64,000 bases of DNA from assembly GCA_963843795.1 (NCBI GenBank), contig CAWJLW010000006.1, forward strand, positions 2,864,375 to 2,928,374. The letters are read 5' to 3'. Origin of the DNA: an uncultured bacterium (GTDB lineage Bacteria > Armatimonadota > Abditibacteriia > Abditibacteriales > Abditibacteriaceae). Shown piece by piece: positions 9,363 to 19,832 of the stretch (positions are counted from its first letter, which is position 1; each line of letters starts with the position of its first letter). The notes under the pieces are model-generated. The model had not been told where the DNA came from. It saw nothing but the letters and a program-made list of their open reading frames with translations, and ran no database searches. The position numbers and the translations under genes are program-made.

Positions 9363-11201
9363 ATGAAACTTTTCCTTCTTCCCGCGCTACTGCTGCCATT
9401 TACCTGCGCACTTCCCCACGTCTCAGCGGCTCCTGCGACGACACAGGCAACGACAAAGAAAAAAGTGGTGACAACTCAAACTGCGCCGTCGTTGCAGGGC
9501 GATGCGCGCATCGTGCACGCTTTGAATCGTTTGAGTTTCGGGCCACGTCCTGACGATGTTAAGCGCGTGCAAAACATGGGTTTGGGTAAATGGATCGAAG
9601 AACAATTGCATCCCGAAACCCTTGACGACAGCGAGCTGGAAAAACAATTACAACCTTTGTCAATGCTGCGCGCCACACCGGAAATTTTGGCTCTGGTTTA
9701 CAAAGCCGAGAACGGGCCGATTGGCAAACTGCTGCGAGAATCAGCACAAAAAGGTCGCACGCCGCAAGTCGTGCTGGTCGGAGACAACTCTAACGCGCAG
9801 AGAAACGCGCTCCTTCAGGGCAAAGCGCAAGATAACGCGGCCCCCCTGATGGTGCCCGATGGCGCGACGGCTTTGAACGCTGCGCAAATGGCCGACTGGA
9901 AGCAAATTCAAAAATTGGGCTTCACGCGCGGCGAAGCGGTCGCAGCAGTCGGACAACTGGTGGACGCGAAAATCGCGCGCGCCATTGATTCGAAAAAGCA
10001 GTTGCAGGAAGTTTTGGTCGATTTCTGGAGCAACCATTTCAATCTTGATGTGCGCAAAGGCCCCGTGCAAACGCTGAAAATTGTCGATGATCGCGAAGTG
10101 ATTCGCCCGCACGTTTTCGCATCGTTTCGCGAACTGCTCGGAGCCAGTGCCAAAAGCCCGGCGATGCTGTTATATCTCGACAACGCCAATTCGACGGTCG
10201 AAATGACCAATCGCCGCAATAATAAAAAGCGCGGCGGTATCAATGAAAACTACGCGCGCGAACTGATGGAATTGCACACCTTGGGCGTTGATGGAGGCTA
10301 CACACAACGCGACGTGCAAGAAGTCGCGCGCTGCTTCACCGGCTGGAGTTTGAACCGCGAAACCGGCACCTTTCAATTTCGCCCGTTCGCGCATGATAAA
10401 GGCGCTAAAACCGTGCTCGGTCAGATCATTCCCGCTGGCGGCGGATTGCAAGACGGCGAGCGTGTGCTGGACATTTTAGCTTCCAACCCGGCGACAATTA
10501 AATTTCTATCTGCCAAGTTGTGCCGTCGTCTGGTCAACGATGAGCCCTCGTCGCAACTGGTCGCGCGCATCGCGCAAAAGTGGACGCAGAGCAACGGCGA
10601 TTTGCGCGCGGTAGTTTCGGCAATTGCTTACGATCCCGAATTTTACGCGAGCACAACGCGCGCTGATAAAATCAAATCGCCCTTCGAATTCGCCGTTTCG
10701 GGTGTGCGCGCTTTGAATGGACATTTTAGCGTGCCCGACCCGGATAAAAATTACGGGCGTTTGCGTTTGGTCGCCGATGGCGCCGCTTCGATGCAGCGGG
10801 GCGGAGGACGTCCCAATCGCGGCGATATGCGCACCTCGCTGGCGCAGGCGATCGCGAACATGGGCCAGCCCCTATTCGGCTATCAGGCGCCGACTGGTTA
10901 CAGCGAAAATTCCAAGAGCTGGGTTTCGACCGGCGCTCTGGTCGCGCGCTTGAATTTCGCGCTGGATTTGGCCGGAAACCAGATCGCGCACATTCGTGTC
11001 GAGCCAGAAAATATTTTTACTGGTGTTTCCGCCGACAATCACAGCGCCGTTTTGGATCGCGCCGGACAAGCCTTGTTGAACGCACCATTATCGATGCGCA
11101 CGCGCGCGACTTTGCAAAAACAGCTGCCCGAAAACACACCTGCCGACGCGACTAAACTGGTCGCGCTGGTGTTGGGTTCGCCAGAATTTCAGCGACGCTA
11201 A
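9363..11201 (+). CDS. DUF1800 family protein
   Basis: HALNRLSFGPRP, FWSNHFN, SPAMLLYLDN, INENYARELMELHTLG, SPEFQRR. Confidence 0.92.
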   Translation: MKLFLLPALLLPFTCALPHVSAAPATTQATTKKKVVTTQTAPSLQGDARIVHALNRLSFGPRPDDVKRVQNMGLGKWIEEQLHPETLDDSELEKQLQPLSMLRATPEILALVYKAENGPIGKLLRESAQKGRTPQVVLVGDNSNAQRNALLQGKAQDNAAPLMVPDGATALNAAQMADWKQIQKLGFTRGEAVAAVGQLVDAKIARAIDSKKQLQEVLVDFWSNHFNLDVRKGPVQTLKIVDDREVIRPHVFASFRELLGASAKSPAMLLYLDNANSTVEMTNRRNNKKRGGINENYARELMELHTLGVDGGYTQRDVQEVARCFTGWSLNRETGTFQFRPFAHDKGAKTVLGQIIPAGGGLQDGERVLDILASNPATIKFLSAKLCRRLVNDEPSSQLVARIAQKWTQSNGDLRAVVSAIAYDPEFYASTTRADKIKSPFEFAVSGVRALNGHFSVPDPDKNYGRLRLVADGAASMQRGGGRPNRGDMRTSLAQAIANMGQPLFGYQAPTGYSENSKSWVSTGALVARLNFALDLAGNQIAHIRVEPENIFTGVSADNHSAVLDRAGQALLNAPLSMRTRATLQKQLPENTPADATKLVALVLGSPEFQRR

Positions 11202-11275
11202 ATCGTAGAGCCACGCTGCAAGTACTTGCAACGTCAATTTTTATCATTTCGCATGTCAATATTCGAGGAAAAATC

Positions 11276-12577
11276 ATGAAAACTTCGCGGCGTATGTTTC
11301 TTAAAGGCGGCGCTATCGCCTTTGTATCAGCGGGCGCGTTTGGCGGTTACGGCCCGCAATGGCTGCGTTCGACGGCGTTTGCTGCCGAACCCAACGCGCG
11401 CCGTCGCAAAACGCTAATTTGCATTTTTCAGCGCGGCGCAGTTGATGGATTATCGATGGTCGTGCCCCACGGCGACCCGTTTTACTATCAGCATCGCAGC
11501 GCGCAAGGCATCGCGATTCCACGCAACGGACGTGATGGCGTGATTGATTTGGACGGCAAATTTGGTCTGCATCCGGCTTTGAACGGTTTGCAAAGTTTGT
11601 GGAAAGATGGCCATCTCGCAGCAGTGCAAGCGGTTGGCTCGCCGAATCCGACGCGCTCGCATTTCGACGCGCAGGACTACATGGAAGCCGGCACGCCGGG
11701 CGATAAAAGCGGCGCCGATGGCTGGCTTTCGCGTGCCCTTCTGGCCTGTCCCGAAGACGCGAAAAAAGCGCGCACCGCATTTGGTGGCATTTCGATGACT
11801 TCCAATTTGCCGCGCGCGCTGCAAGGCGGCGCTGATGCCCTCGCGATTCCCGATTTAAAAACCTTTGGCGTCAAAGATTCCAGCATTGCTATGCCCGAAA
11901 TGGGTAACAGCGGCGCGCGCACCGCCGATGGATTTGAAGCGCTTTACGATGGCGCAGTCGGCGATGTTTTGCACGGCGCGGGTCAGGAATCTTTTGAAGC
12001 GATGAAAATGCTCGAAAGCATCAAAACGCAGAATTATCGTCCTGAACGCGCAGCGCGTTATCCGAATGGGCGCTTTGGCAGTTCGCTGCAACAAATCGCG
12101 CAATTGATTAAGGCCGATGTCGGCGTCGAAGTCGCGTTTGCCGAAAGCGGCGGCTGGGACACGCATGTCAATCAAGGCTCGACACAAGGCAACCTGGCAC
12201 GGCGATTGGGCGAATTTGGCGACGGAATCAAAGCCTTGTATCTCGATTTGGGCGACCGCATGAGCGACGTAACGATTCTGACGATGAGCGAATTTGGCCG
12301 CACCGCGCGCCAGAACGGCAACGGCGGAACCGATCACGGACACGGCACCTGCTTTTTCGTGCTGGGCGATAAAGTCAATGGCGGCAAAGTTTTGGGCGAT
12401 TGGCCCGGACTTGCGCCCGAACAATTGTATGAAAACCGCGATTTGGCCGTCACGACCGATTTCCGCAGCATCTTCGGCGAAGTCGCCAATAAACATCTCG
12501 GCGTGCAAAATTTATCTAATGTGTTTCCGAATTTCGATGTCAAAACCGATAATTGGCGCGGCGTGATGAGAAGCTGA
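11276..12577 (+). CDS. DUF1501 family protein (Tat substrate)
   Basis: SRRMFLK Tat signal, FQRGAVDGLS, RSHFDAQD, GGWDTH, SEFGRT, GTDHGHG. Confidence 0.92.
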   Translation: MKTSRRMFLKGGAIAFVSAGAFGGYGPQWLRSTAFAAEPNARRRKTLICIFQRGAVDGLSMVVPHGDPFYYQHRSAQGIAIPRNGRDGVIDLDGKFGLHPALNGLQSLWKDGHLAAVQAVGSPNPTRSHFDAQDYMEAGTPGDKSGADGWLSRALLACPEDAKKARTAFGGISMTSNLPRALQGGADALAIPDLKTFGVKDSSIAMPEMGNSGARTADGFEALYDGAVGDVLHGAGQESFEAMKMLESIKTQNYRPERAARYPNGRFGSSLQQIAQLIKADVGVEVAFAESGGWDTHVNQGSTQGNLARRLGEFGDGIKALYLDLGDRMSDVTILTMSEFGRTARQNGNGGTDHGHGTCFFVLGDKVNGGKVLGDWPGLAPEQLYENRDLAVTTDFRSIFGEVANKHLGVQNLSNVFPNFDVKTDNWRGVMRS

Positions 12578-12596
12578 AATCGTTGAAAATCAAACC

Positions 12597-12630
12597 AAAA
12601 GCGCGCTGCAAGTACTTGCAGCGCGCTTTT
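12597..12630. terminator. 34-bp palindrome-core hairpin, terminator-like
   Basis: AAAAGCGCGCTGCAAGTACTTGCAGCGCGCTTTT, identical to 13224-13257 and 56702-56735. Confidence 0.75.
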
Positions 12631-12735
12631 TGACATTCATTCGGAACCGCATAAATTCTGCGCGGTCACAAGAATGCCGAAAAAATTATCTGCAAGTACT
12701 TGCACGCAGCATTCGTATTTGCCGGAGGAAATATT

Positions 12736-13206
12736 ATGGAAAAGGCCACATTTGGAGCGGGTTGTTTTTGGGGCGTCGAAACCGAATTTCGCAATATCGA
12801 AGGCGTGACTGATGCCGCTGTGGGTTACGAAGGCGGAAAAACAGAGAACCCGACCTATCAGGATGTTTGCTACAAGAATACCGGACACGCCGAAGTTGTC
12901 GAAGTCGATTTCGATCCCAATCTGGTTTCCTACGAACAACTGGTGCGCTTCTTTTTTGAAATACACGACCCGACGCAGCACAATCGTCAAGGCCCGGATA
13001 TCGGCGACCAGTATCGCAGCGTCATCTTCACCCATTCCGATGAACAAGCTGCAATCGCCCAGAAAGTCAAAGACGAACTGGACAAAAGCGGCGTTTTCAA
13101 GCGCCCGATTGCGACAATCCTCGAACCCGCGCCGACATTTTATCGCGCCGAAGATTATCATCAGCAGTATCTGGCCAAGCGAGGTCAGGCTTCGTGTCGT
13201 ATTTAA
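12736..13206 (+). CDS. msrA: Peptide methionine sulfoxide reductase A
   Basis: [41 protein letters not shown]. Confidence 0.97.
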   Translation: MEKATFGAGCFWGVETEFRNIEGVTDAAVGYEGGKTENPTYQDVCYKNTGHAEVVEVDFDPNLVSYEQLVRFFFEIHDPTQHNRQGPDIGDQYRSVIFTHSDEQAAIAQKVKDELDKSGVFKRPIATILEPAPTFYRAEDYHQQYLAKRGQASCRI

Positions 13207-13223
13207 GACGAGTAATTTTCGAT

Positions 13224-13257
13224 AAAAGCGCGCTGCAAGTACTTGCAGCGCGCTTTT
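13224..13257. terminator. 34-bp palindrome-core hairpin, bidirectional terminator-like
   Basis: Same 34-mer, between convergent msrA and the membrane gene. Confidence 0.8.
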
Positions 13258-15744
13258 TTACTCATCGACGGTGTCGCGACCCAGCGACCAAACGACGCCC
13301 GCCGCGACCAGATAAATTAAAGCGCCAAACGATAAGGTTTGCGAGAAGCCAAAAGCTTTTCCGCTCATCGCAGCGCACAGCGAACCGACCACGCTCGCCA
13401 CGCCATTCAAGCCCCAAACCAGAGGCACGCTTCCGGCGCGACGACGCGAAAACAAACGCATTCCAGCGGGGAACGGTGTGCCCAATAAAAAGCCCAGTGG
13501 AAGCAACAAAACGGCGGTCAGGGCGCAGCGCGCGGCAAGGGATAAAAGCGGCCAACCGCCGGTAAGAAGCGAAATCAGCGAGGTGCTGAGTGCACCAATC
13601 GTTGCCACACCCAGCGCGCATAGAGCGGCGTGATTGGCCAAGCGTTTCCGCTCGAAACGCTGCGAAAACCACGCGCCTATTCCACCGCCGAGCAAAATCG
13701 AGAATAAAATCACCGCCAGCGCTAAAGTCGGATAACCCAGCGGCAGAATCAGTTTTTGCACGAGGGGAATTTCGACCAGCATGAAACCGATGCCCAGCAA
13801 AACGAAATAAGCAATCCAGCCCACATCGCTCCCGTTCAAGCGCGTATTATCTTCACTCCAAGTACTTGCAGCAGCGCTTTCATCATCCGAGGGTTCGGTT
13901 GCGGGCGCGAGATTTGGATCAGCGAAATGCACGCTTTCATCCGTAAAATTCGACGCAGTTTTAGGCGCGGAAGTGAACAAACCAAACAGCGAAAGCGCGA
14001 TGGCGACAGCTCCGGCGAAACCGGCGATCTGCCAGAAAATTGGCAGCGATTCCAAGCTGATGTCCAGCACGAAAGGGCGATCGTCCGGGCAGGCGGAAAT
14101 ATCCAACGGTGGCTGATAGGTGCGAAATTGATTGACGAAACCCGCTAAATCCAATGTGCCCGCGCCTAACTGTGGATACGGGCCCACAATCGACAAGGCC
14201 GCTTCGCCCGGCACCCACACTGCGGACAGTCGGCGCGCATTCGCGCCTCGGTTCAGGCGCTTGGCCTGAGCGGCACCAATCGGCGTTTTCTGCACCACAA
14301 GGGCGTAAACATACGGACCGGGACGCGGGTCGGAGGCAATCGCGATATGTTGCATCGCTTTGGTATTGTCGATGCCGAGCGTGGCAAGTACTTGCAACCA
14401 CGTTGAAGTGAAACGCGCCAGCAGAATCGGGTTATCCATCACAATCGTCATCTGCCCGTCCGGCTTCAGCAAATTCCAATAATCGGTAAACGCATCGGTC
14501 GTGTAAATATACGATTCCAAAAGCGCCATGCCCTGTCCTGCGGTCGCGGTTTTGGTGAGAGCGGAAAACACCATGTCGTAACGGTCGCCGCGCGCCAGAG
14601 CCTCACGCGCGAAGGCGCGCCCATCGGCGGTTTGCACCCGAACTTCGGGGCGCTGATAGATGCCGCCGTTGTACTTGCGATAATCGCGCATGATATCGAG
14701 AATCGACGGGTTGAGTTCCGCGCCATCGAAACGCTTCGCGCCCCAGCGCAACGCCAAAAGCGCGTCCAATCCACCGCCCGGCCCAATCGAAAACACGCGC
14801 GAATCCCGACGCTGTAAAGGCGCGCTGGCGAAGCACCAATCTGACAAAGCGAAGTCATTGGTAATGCGCGGAATCGTCGATAATTCGCCGTCCCAGCGAC
14901 TCATGTTAGTTGGCACGTTGCCGTTGGTGTAAAGCAAATAGCTGCCCGGCGAAACCGGATCATCGACGATATCCGTGCGTGCGAAAGCGTTCCAGCGCGT
15001 TTGAACAATTTTCGAAGTGTGGCCCGGCGTGCCCAGTTCCGTGAATAACGGCTGCGTGACGCCTTTGTCGGCCAAAGTCAAACCCTCGGCATCGGGCTTG
15101 GGCGGGAGCGCATCGAGCTGCAAAACGCCAGTGCCCGACGCGACTAATCCAAAAACGAACAACGCCGCGCACGGCCACATTTCAATCGGTTTCCGCGCCA
15201 GTAAAACCACGGGCAAGGCACCCAAAATTGCCGCAAAAACAATCGCTAGAGGCGCGCTCATCAGTTGCAGCACGACGACCGAAAGCGCCGCCGCGCACGC
15301 CGCGCCCGCCAAATCCCACGCGTAAACGCGCCCGCTCCATTGCGGATATAAGGCGAACGCTTCGGCCAACCACGCGCCGCCAAACGAAAACGGCACCAGA
15401 ACGGCGACTGCCAGCATCCAATAGGCATCGGGCGCAACCGGAAACACGCCGCGCAAAAGCACTAACAGCGAGAGCACAACGCTCAAGCCGAACCATGCCG
15501 ACAACCGGCTTAAATCGATAGTTTTGCGCGCGCGCAGCCAGTGCATCGCATAGCCGCCGATGCCCAATCCGCACAAGGCGACCGAAATAATCAGAAACGC
15601 GAAATGATAGCGCAAAAGCGTTCCAAACAAGCGCGAAAGCGCGATTTCCAGAACCAGAATGGCGGCGGCAACCGCAGCGACGCTGCTTAAAAAGGCGCGC
15701 GAAGGAGAAGAAACCGGAAGTGAAGACGACGGAGAAAATTCCAC
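13258..15744 (-). CDS. Membrane protein with central SAM-dependent (spermidine synthase-like) domain
   Basis: N- and C-terminal TM bundles (LEIALSR, GIGFMLVEI, GTPFPAG, WGLNGVASV) around IGPGGGLD / AELNP / ADGRAF. Confidence 0.8.
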   Translation of the reverse strand: MEFSPSSSLPVSSPSRAFLSSVAAVAAAILVLEIALSRLFGTLLRYHFAFLIISVALCGLGIGGYAMHWLRARKTIDLSRLSAWFGLSVVLSLLVLLRGVFPVAPDAYWMLAVAVLVPFSFGGAWLAEAFALYPQWSGRVYAWDLAGAACAAALSVVVLQLMSAPLAIVFAAILGALPVVLLARKPIEMWPCAALFVFGLVASGTGVLQLDALPPKPDAEGLTLADKGVTQPLFTELGTPGHTSKIVQTRWNAFARTDIVDDPVSPGSYLLYTNGNVPTNMSRWDGELSTIPRITNDFALSDWCFASAPLQRRDSRVFSIGPGGGLDALLALRWGAKRFDGAELNPSILDIMRDYRKYNGGIYQRPEVRVQTADGRAFAREALARGDRYDMVFSALTKTATAGQGMALLESYIYTTDAFTDYWNLLKPDGQMTIVMDNPILLARFTSTWLQVLATLGIDNTKAMQHIAIASDPRPGPYVYALVVQKTPIGAAQAKRLNRGANARRLSAVWVPGEAALSIVGPYPQLGAGTLDLAGFVNQFRTYQPPLDISACPDDRPFVLDISLESLPIFWQIAGFAGAVAIALSLFGLFTSAPKTASNFTDESVHFADPNLAPATEPSDDESAAASTWSEDNTRLNGSDVGWIAYFVLLGIGFMLVEIPLVQKLILPLGYPTLALAVILFSILLGGGIGAWFSQRFERKRLANHAALCALGVATIGALSTSLISLLTGGWPLLSLAARCALTAVLLLPLGFLLGTPFPAGMRLFSRRRAGSVPLVWGLNGVASVVGSLCAAMSGKAFGFSQTLSFGALIYLVAAGVVWSLGRDTVDE

Positions 15745-15862
15745 ACTTTCATTTTATTGCATTCGCGCGTTTTGGCCGCGAAATGCGCGCTGCAAGTACT
15801 TGCAGGACGCTTGAGTTAAGAAATCTGCTTCGCGCACCGAACAAGCCATTACACTGCAATTC

Positions 15863-16837
15863 ATGCTGATTTTCGAGTCGCGGCGCTGGATTCAAGCGCC
15901 GTTTAAGAGCGAGGACGAACTGGAAAGTGTGGTGCGCGATAACGCGGAATCCATCTTTGGGCCGTCGTCGATTTACTTTCCCAAATTGTTGTTCAAAACC
16001 GGCGATGGCGCGGGCGCGATTCCCGATGGCTTCGTGATTGACTTGGCTGCGCGCCAATGGTTTGTGGTCGAAGTCGAATTGTCGCGGCACGGTGTGTGGA
16101 CGCACATCGCTCCGCAAGTCGCACGGCAAATCATCGCATCGACGCAGCCGATTTCCAAACAGTTGCTGGTCGAATGGGTCGTGGAACGTGCGCGCGAAGA
16201 TACCAACGTGCTGGAAAAATTCGCCGAACTGGGCATTGATACTTTGGACGTGCGGCGCGTTTTGGCCGAAATTCTCAATGCGCGCCCGATTATTGGAATT
16301 CCCATCGACGCGGTATCGCGCGATTTGCACGAATGGGCGCAAAGTTTGAAAAATGAAGTGAAATTGTGGATCGTCAAGAAATATGTCGAATGGGGCCAGC
16401 CGGAAAATGTACTTTACGAAGTGCCTGATGAGTATCGTCCCGCGCTAGATACGCAAGAAGATGCGCGCACGGGCGGCTTGCGACGTTATGAAGTTGATGT
16501 CGTCGATCTTATAGGCGCGGGTTTATTAAGCGAAGGCGACCGTTTATATCTGACTTATGCGCCCAAAACTATTGGCCGCAAAAAAGCGATTGAAGCCAAA
16601 ACTTATGTCGGCATCGTGCAAGAAAATGGCGCAATCGAAGTACTGGAAAACATTTTCAGCAGCCCCAGTTACGCTGCGCTGTATGCGATTCGCGATGCGG
16701 GCAGCACGCGCACCACGACCAATGGCTGGAACAGTTGGAAAACTATTACCGGCGAAACTCTGTCCGATTTGCGCGAAACTTTTCTCTCGCAGCGCAGCGA
16801 CGATGAAAACTCCCACGAAGAAGCCGAAAGCAAATAA
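15863..16837 (+). CDS. Putative PD-(D/E)XK nuclease fused to a C-terminal RAMA-like domain
   Basis: N-terminal E..LE and IPDGFVID..FVVEVEL nuclease-like motif. C-terminal DLIGAGLL..GIVQENGAI..FSSPSYAA..NGWNSWK..LSDLR matches the RAMA-family pattern by recognition. Confidence 0.7.
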   Translation: MLIFESRRWIQAPFKSEDELESVVRDNAESIFGPSSIYFPKLLFKTGDGAGAIPDGFVIDLAARQWFVVEVELSRHGVWTHIAPQVARQIIASTQPISKQLLVEWVVERAREDTNVLEKFAELGIDTLDVRRVLAEILNARPIIGIPIDAVSRDLHEWAQSLKNEVKLWIVKKYVEWGQPENVLYEVPDEYRPALDTQEDARTGGLRRYEVDVVDLIGAGLLSEGDRLYLTYAPKTIGRKKAIEAKTYVGIVQENGAIEVLENIFSSPSYAALYAIRDAGSTRTTTNGWNSWKTITGETLSDLRETFLSQRSDDENSHEEAESK

Positions 16838-16895
16838 CACGGTGCAAGTGCTTGTAACTCTGCGCTGAAGGGTTTTCTTTTCTTCCCCTATTTCG

Positions 16896-16939
16896 ATACA
16901 AAACTTGTGCTGCAAGTACTTGCAGCACAAGTTTTGTAT
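16896..16939. repeat. 44-bp perfect palindrome centred on the iterated core
   Basis: ATACAAAACTTGTGCTGCAAGT|ACTTGCAGCACAAGTTTTGTAT. Confidence 0.95.
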
Positions 16940-16961
16940 ATTACAAGCGTTCTTTTACGCT

Positions 16962-18293
16962 ATGAAAACTTCGCTTTCGACCGACCAACCAATGCAACTG
17001 TCATTGCTGCGCCAATTATTCGCGCGACGTGACGACAAGGTTCTGTGGGCGATAATTGCTTTGAGCTTGTTGCTGGGCTTAATTTACAACTTCGTAATTC
17101 TGATCGGTTTCGGGCCGGATGAGCCGCGCCACATGGCGTATGTAAAATTGCTCGCCGAAGAACACACTTTTCCCTTTATCCTGCCCGATGGCACCGAATA
17201 TAAGGGCGCGCATTCGCTGCATCCACCGTTGTATTACGCGCTACTCGTCCCGCTGTACTGGCTGACGCACTCGTTACCAAATGATGCGGTGTGGCATCTA
17301 GCGCGCCTGTTTTCATCTTTATTATGTGCGGCAGCGTTGGTATTGTTTTACGACATCGCGCTTGTCGCGAGCAGTCGTCGCGATGTCGCGCGTTTGAGCG
17401 TGGCGCATCTGGCGTGGCTGCCGATTTTCGGCATGACGCTGGGTGTGGTGAACAACGATTCGGCTTCGCTATTAGCGGTCGCGGGGTTTCTGTGGCTTTT
17501 GCTGGTGCGCTATCGAAGCGAATTGAACTGGCGACGCGCCTTGATTTTGGGCGTAGTCGCGGGGCTGGGCAGTTTGTGCAAAGCTACCGTTGTCATCGCC
17601 GATGTCGCGGCAGTTCTGGGTGTTCTCTGGGCGCGCGGCGATTGGAAACGCGGGCAAAGTTGGGCGTATTGCGTCGCGATGGGCGCGGCGTCGGCGCTCG
17701 TGGGCGGCGCGTGGTATGCGCGCAGTTTTCGTTTATACGGTCAGTTTTCGCCAATTGCTTCGGGCTACTCGACGCCGATGTTGCCCAACCCCAGTCAGGG
17801 TATTTTAGTGATGATGCTCCACGATAACTTTCCGCGCGTCTTCGCAATGGCCAATTGGGAACTGTTTTATTCGTCGTGGTCGCAAAAAGACTGGTTTCCC
17901 GAAACTGTGCGCACGCCAATTTATCTGGTTCTGCTCGGTTACTGTGCGCTGGCCGCTATCGGACATCTGCGCGTTTGGCGAGGCGCGAAAACCGCAGACA
18001 CCATAGCAGCACGGTCAGCACGGCGCGCGTTGGGTTGTGCCTTTGCTTTGAGCTGGTTGGCGTGCTTGTTTATGGCACTGTTTCGTCACTGGGGCTGGGC
18101 CGAAGGCGGGCGTTATTTGGTCGCGGCGCTGGGCGGCCCGGCCTTGTTTTTAGCAGTTGGCTGGAGCGCGTTGCTGGGCGAACGCGTGTTCGGTCGTTGG
18201 ATTTGGCTGTGGGGCGCGTGGTCGCTTTGGCTCAACGGTGTGGCGATTTACTGGCTGCTGAATTATCTCAATCCGACGTTTGGACCGCGATGA
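16962..18293 (+). CDS. GT-C (ArnT/PMT-like) membrane glycosyltransferase
   Basis: GPDEPRH, HPPLYY, VNND, LCKAT, EGGRYL, many TMs. Confidence 0.8.
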   Translation: MKTSLSTDQPMQLSLLRQLFARRDDKVLWAIIALSLLLGLIYNFVILIGFGPDEPRHMAYVKLLAEEHTFPFILPDGTEYKGAHSLHPPLYYALLVPLYWLTHSLPNDAVWHLARLFSSLLCAAALVLFYDIALVASSRRDVARLSVAHLAWLPIFGMTLGVVNNDSASLLAVAGFLWLLLVRYRSELNWRRALILGVVAGLGSLCKATVVIADVAAVLGVLWARGDWKRGQSWAYCVAMGAASALVGGAWYARSFRLYGQFSPIASGYSTPMLPNPSQGILVMMLHDNFPRVFAMANWELFYSSWSQKDWFPETVRTPIYLVLLGYCALAAIGHLRVWRGAKTADTIAARSARRALGCAFALSWLACLFMALFRHWGWAEGGRYLVAALGGPALFLAVGWSALLGERVFGRWIWLWGAWSLWLNGVAIYWLLNYLNPTFGPR

Positions 18294-19027
18294 AAAGATA
18301 TTCTCTCGATAAAAACGCCGCGATTTGCGTGGTAATTCCCACGCTCAATGAAGCCACGACGATTGGTGAAGTCGTCAAAAGCGCGCGCCCGTTCTGCGAC
18401 GAAGTGCTGGTGATTGATGGCGCATCGAGCGACGGCACCATCGAAGCCGCGCTCGCAGCGGGCGCGCGCGTCGAGGTTTTCGCGCCGCGCGGCAAAGGTC
18501 GCGCCTTAAGGCGCGCGCTGCAAATTGTACAGCAGCCAATCACGGTTTTCATCGACGCTGATGGTTCGCATGACGCGAGCGATATTCCGCAACTGGTAGC
18601 CGCGCTGCACAACCAGAACGCCACGATGGCAATCGGCAGCCGTTGGGCGGGCGGTAGCGATGAATTGCACGGCGATATGAACAAATGGCTGCGCCGCAAC
18701 GGTTCGCTGCTTCTTACAACTCTGGTGAACCTACGTTTTGGTGCCGATTTGAGCGATATTCAAAACGGTTTTCGCGCCGTCGATACAAAAGTGGCCCGCG
18801 ACATCGGTTTGCAGGAAGATGGCTTTACCATCGAACAAGAAATGGTAATGAAATTTCTGGCCGGCAACTTTCGCGTAATTAACGTCCCCTCGCACGAATA
18901 CGCGCGTCAGGGTGGACGCGCCAAATTGAATTTGGGCCGAGTGTGGTTCCAATTCGGCATCGTCGTTTTGCGCCATCTGTTCAACTTATCGCGCCCACGC
19001 ATTCGACAACGCAAACCCAAACGTTAA
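18290..19027 (+). CDS. GT2 glycosyltransferase (DPM synthase-like)
   Basis: VVIPTLNEA, VIDGASSDGT, GKGRA, FIDADGSH, DIQNGFRA. ATGA overlap with the GT-C gene. Confidence 0.9.
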   Translation: MKRYSLDKNAAICVVIPTLNEATTIGEVVKSARPFCDEVLVIDGASSDGTIEAALAAGARVEVFAPRGKGRALRRALQIVQQPITVFIDADGSHDASDIPQLVAALHNQNATMAIGSRWAGGSDELHGDMNKWLRRNGSLLLTTLVNLRFGADLSDIQNGFRAVDTKVARDIGLQEDGFTIEQEMVMKFLAGNFRVINVPSHEYARQGGRAKLNLGRVWFQFGIVVLRHLFNLSRPRIRQRKPKR

Positions 19028-19088
19028 AACGTAAAACGCGCGCTGCAAGTACTTGCAGCGCGTTTTGATGATCGAAATTGACCGGAAA

Positions 19089-19829
19089 TTAGTCGCTTCC
19101 ATCAACAGTCCATAAGCTGCGTTTGGTCATCGCTTCGAGCGAAAGCCATTTGGTGTGACCATCGGCGAAAACCACGTTGCAGCCGTTGTTGTGCAGCGGA
19201 TTGACACCGTATTTCAGCAAACCTTCTTCGCCGACGAAAGGCGGCTGCTGTGTGCCCGGATTCACAAAGTAGCCATCGCCATCCAACGCCAAAATCGTAC
19301 TTGAAGGACGGCGATAGCGCATTTCATGAATCGGCGGTCGACCGATTTCGCCCATTATTGGATTACCATCTTCCTTTACGATAAAAGAACTGGGCGGAGC
19401 GTTGGGAGCTGGAGGAACGTTGAGATCGTAGGAACCATCCCAACGATTGGACGCTTCTTCGGGCGGGCATCCGGTGCGATATTCACCGTTTTCAGCGTTG
19501 GGGCACTCAAAAACTTCTGTCGCTTTCACATACGGATAAATCGGCTCCACCCACAGCGAACAGTTTTTCGTTTCAGACGTGGAATAGTTGTGTAGGGCAG
19601 GATAAAAACCGGCGTTGTCGCGCACATACTGCGTGATGCCCTGCCCAATTTGGCGCAGGTTACTGGCACAGGTCGTACGGCGTCCGGCTTCGCGCACGCT
19701 CGACATTACGGGCAACAGAATCGCCGCCAAAATTGCGATGATCGCCAGCACTACTAAAATTTCAATCAGCGTGAAAGCGCGCCGCACTGTTCGAGTGCGA
19801 CGCGCTATTGCTGCGCAATGGCAAAGCAT
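19089..19829 (-). CDS. Prepilin-type N-terminal/DUF1559 protein with H-X9-DG motif
   Basis: [45 protein letters not shown]. Confidence 0.9.
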   Translation of the reverse strand: MLCHCAAIARRTRTVRRAFTLIEILVVLAIIAILAAILLPVMSSVREAGRRTTCASNLRQIGQGITQYVRDNAGFYPALHNYSTSETKNCSLWVEPIYPYVKATEVFECPNAENGEYRTGCPPEEASNRWDGSYDLNVPPAPNAPPSSFIVKEDGNPIMGEIGRPPIHEMRYRRPSSTILALDGDGYFVNPGTQQPPFVGEEGLLKYGVNPLHNNGCNVVFADGHTKWLSLEAMTKRSLWTVDGSD

Positions 19830-19832
19830 GGT

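Noticed and set aside
12597..13257. Palindromes as integron attC sites or MITEs
   Set aside because: No RYYYAAC/GTTRRRY ends or extrahelical bases, no integrase or transposase, no target-site duplications, no shared internal body, and flanked genes are on both strands.
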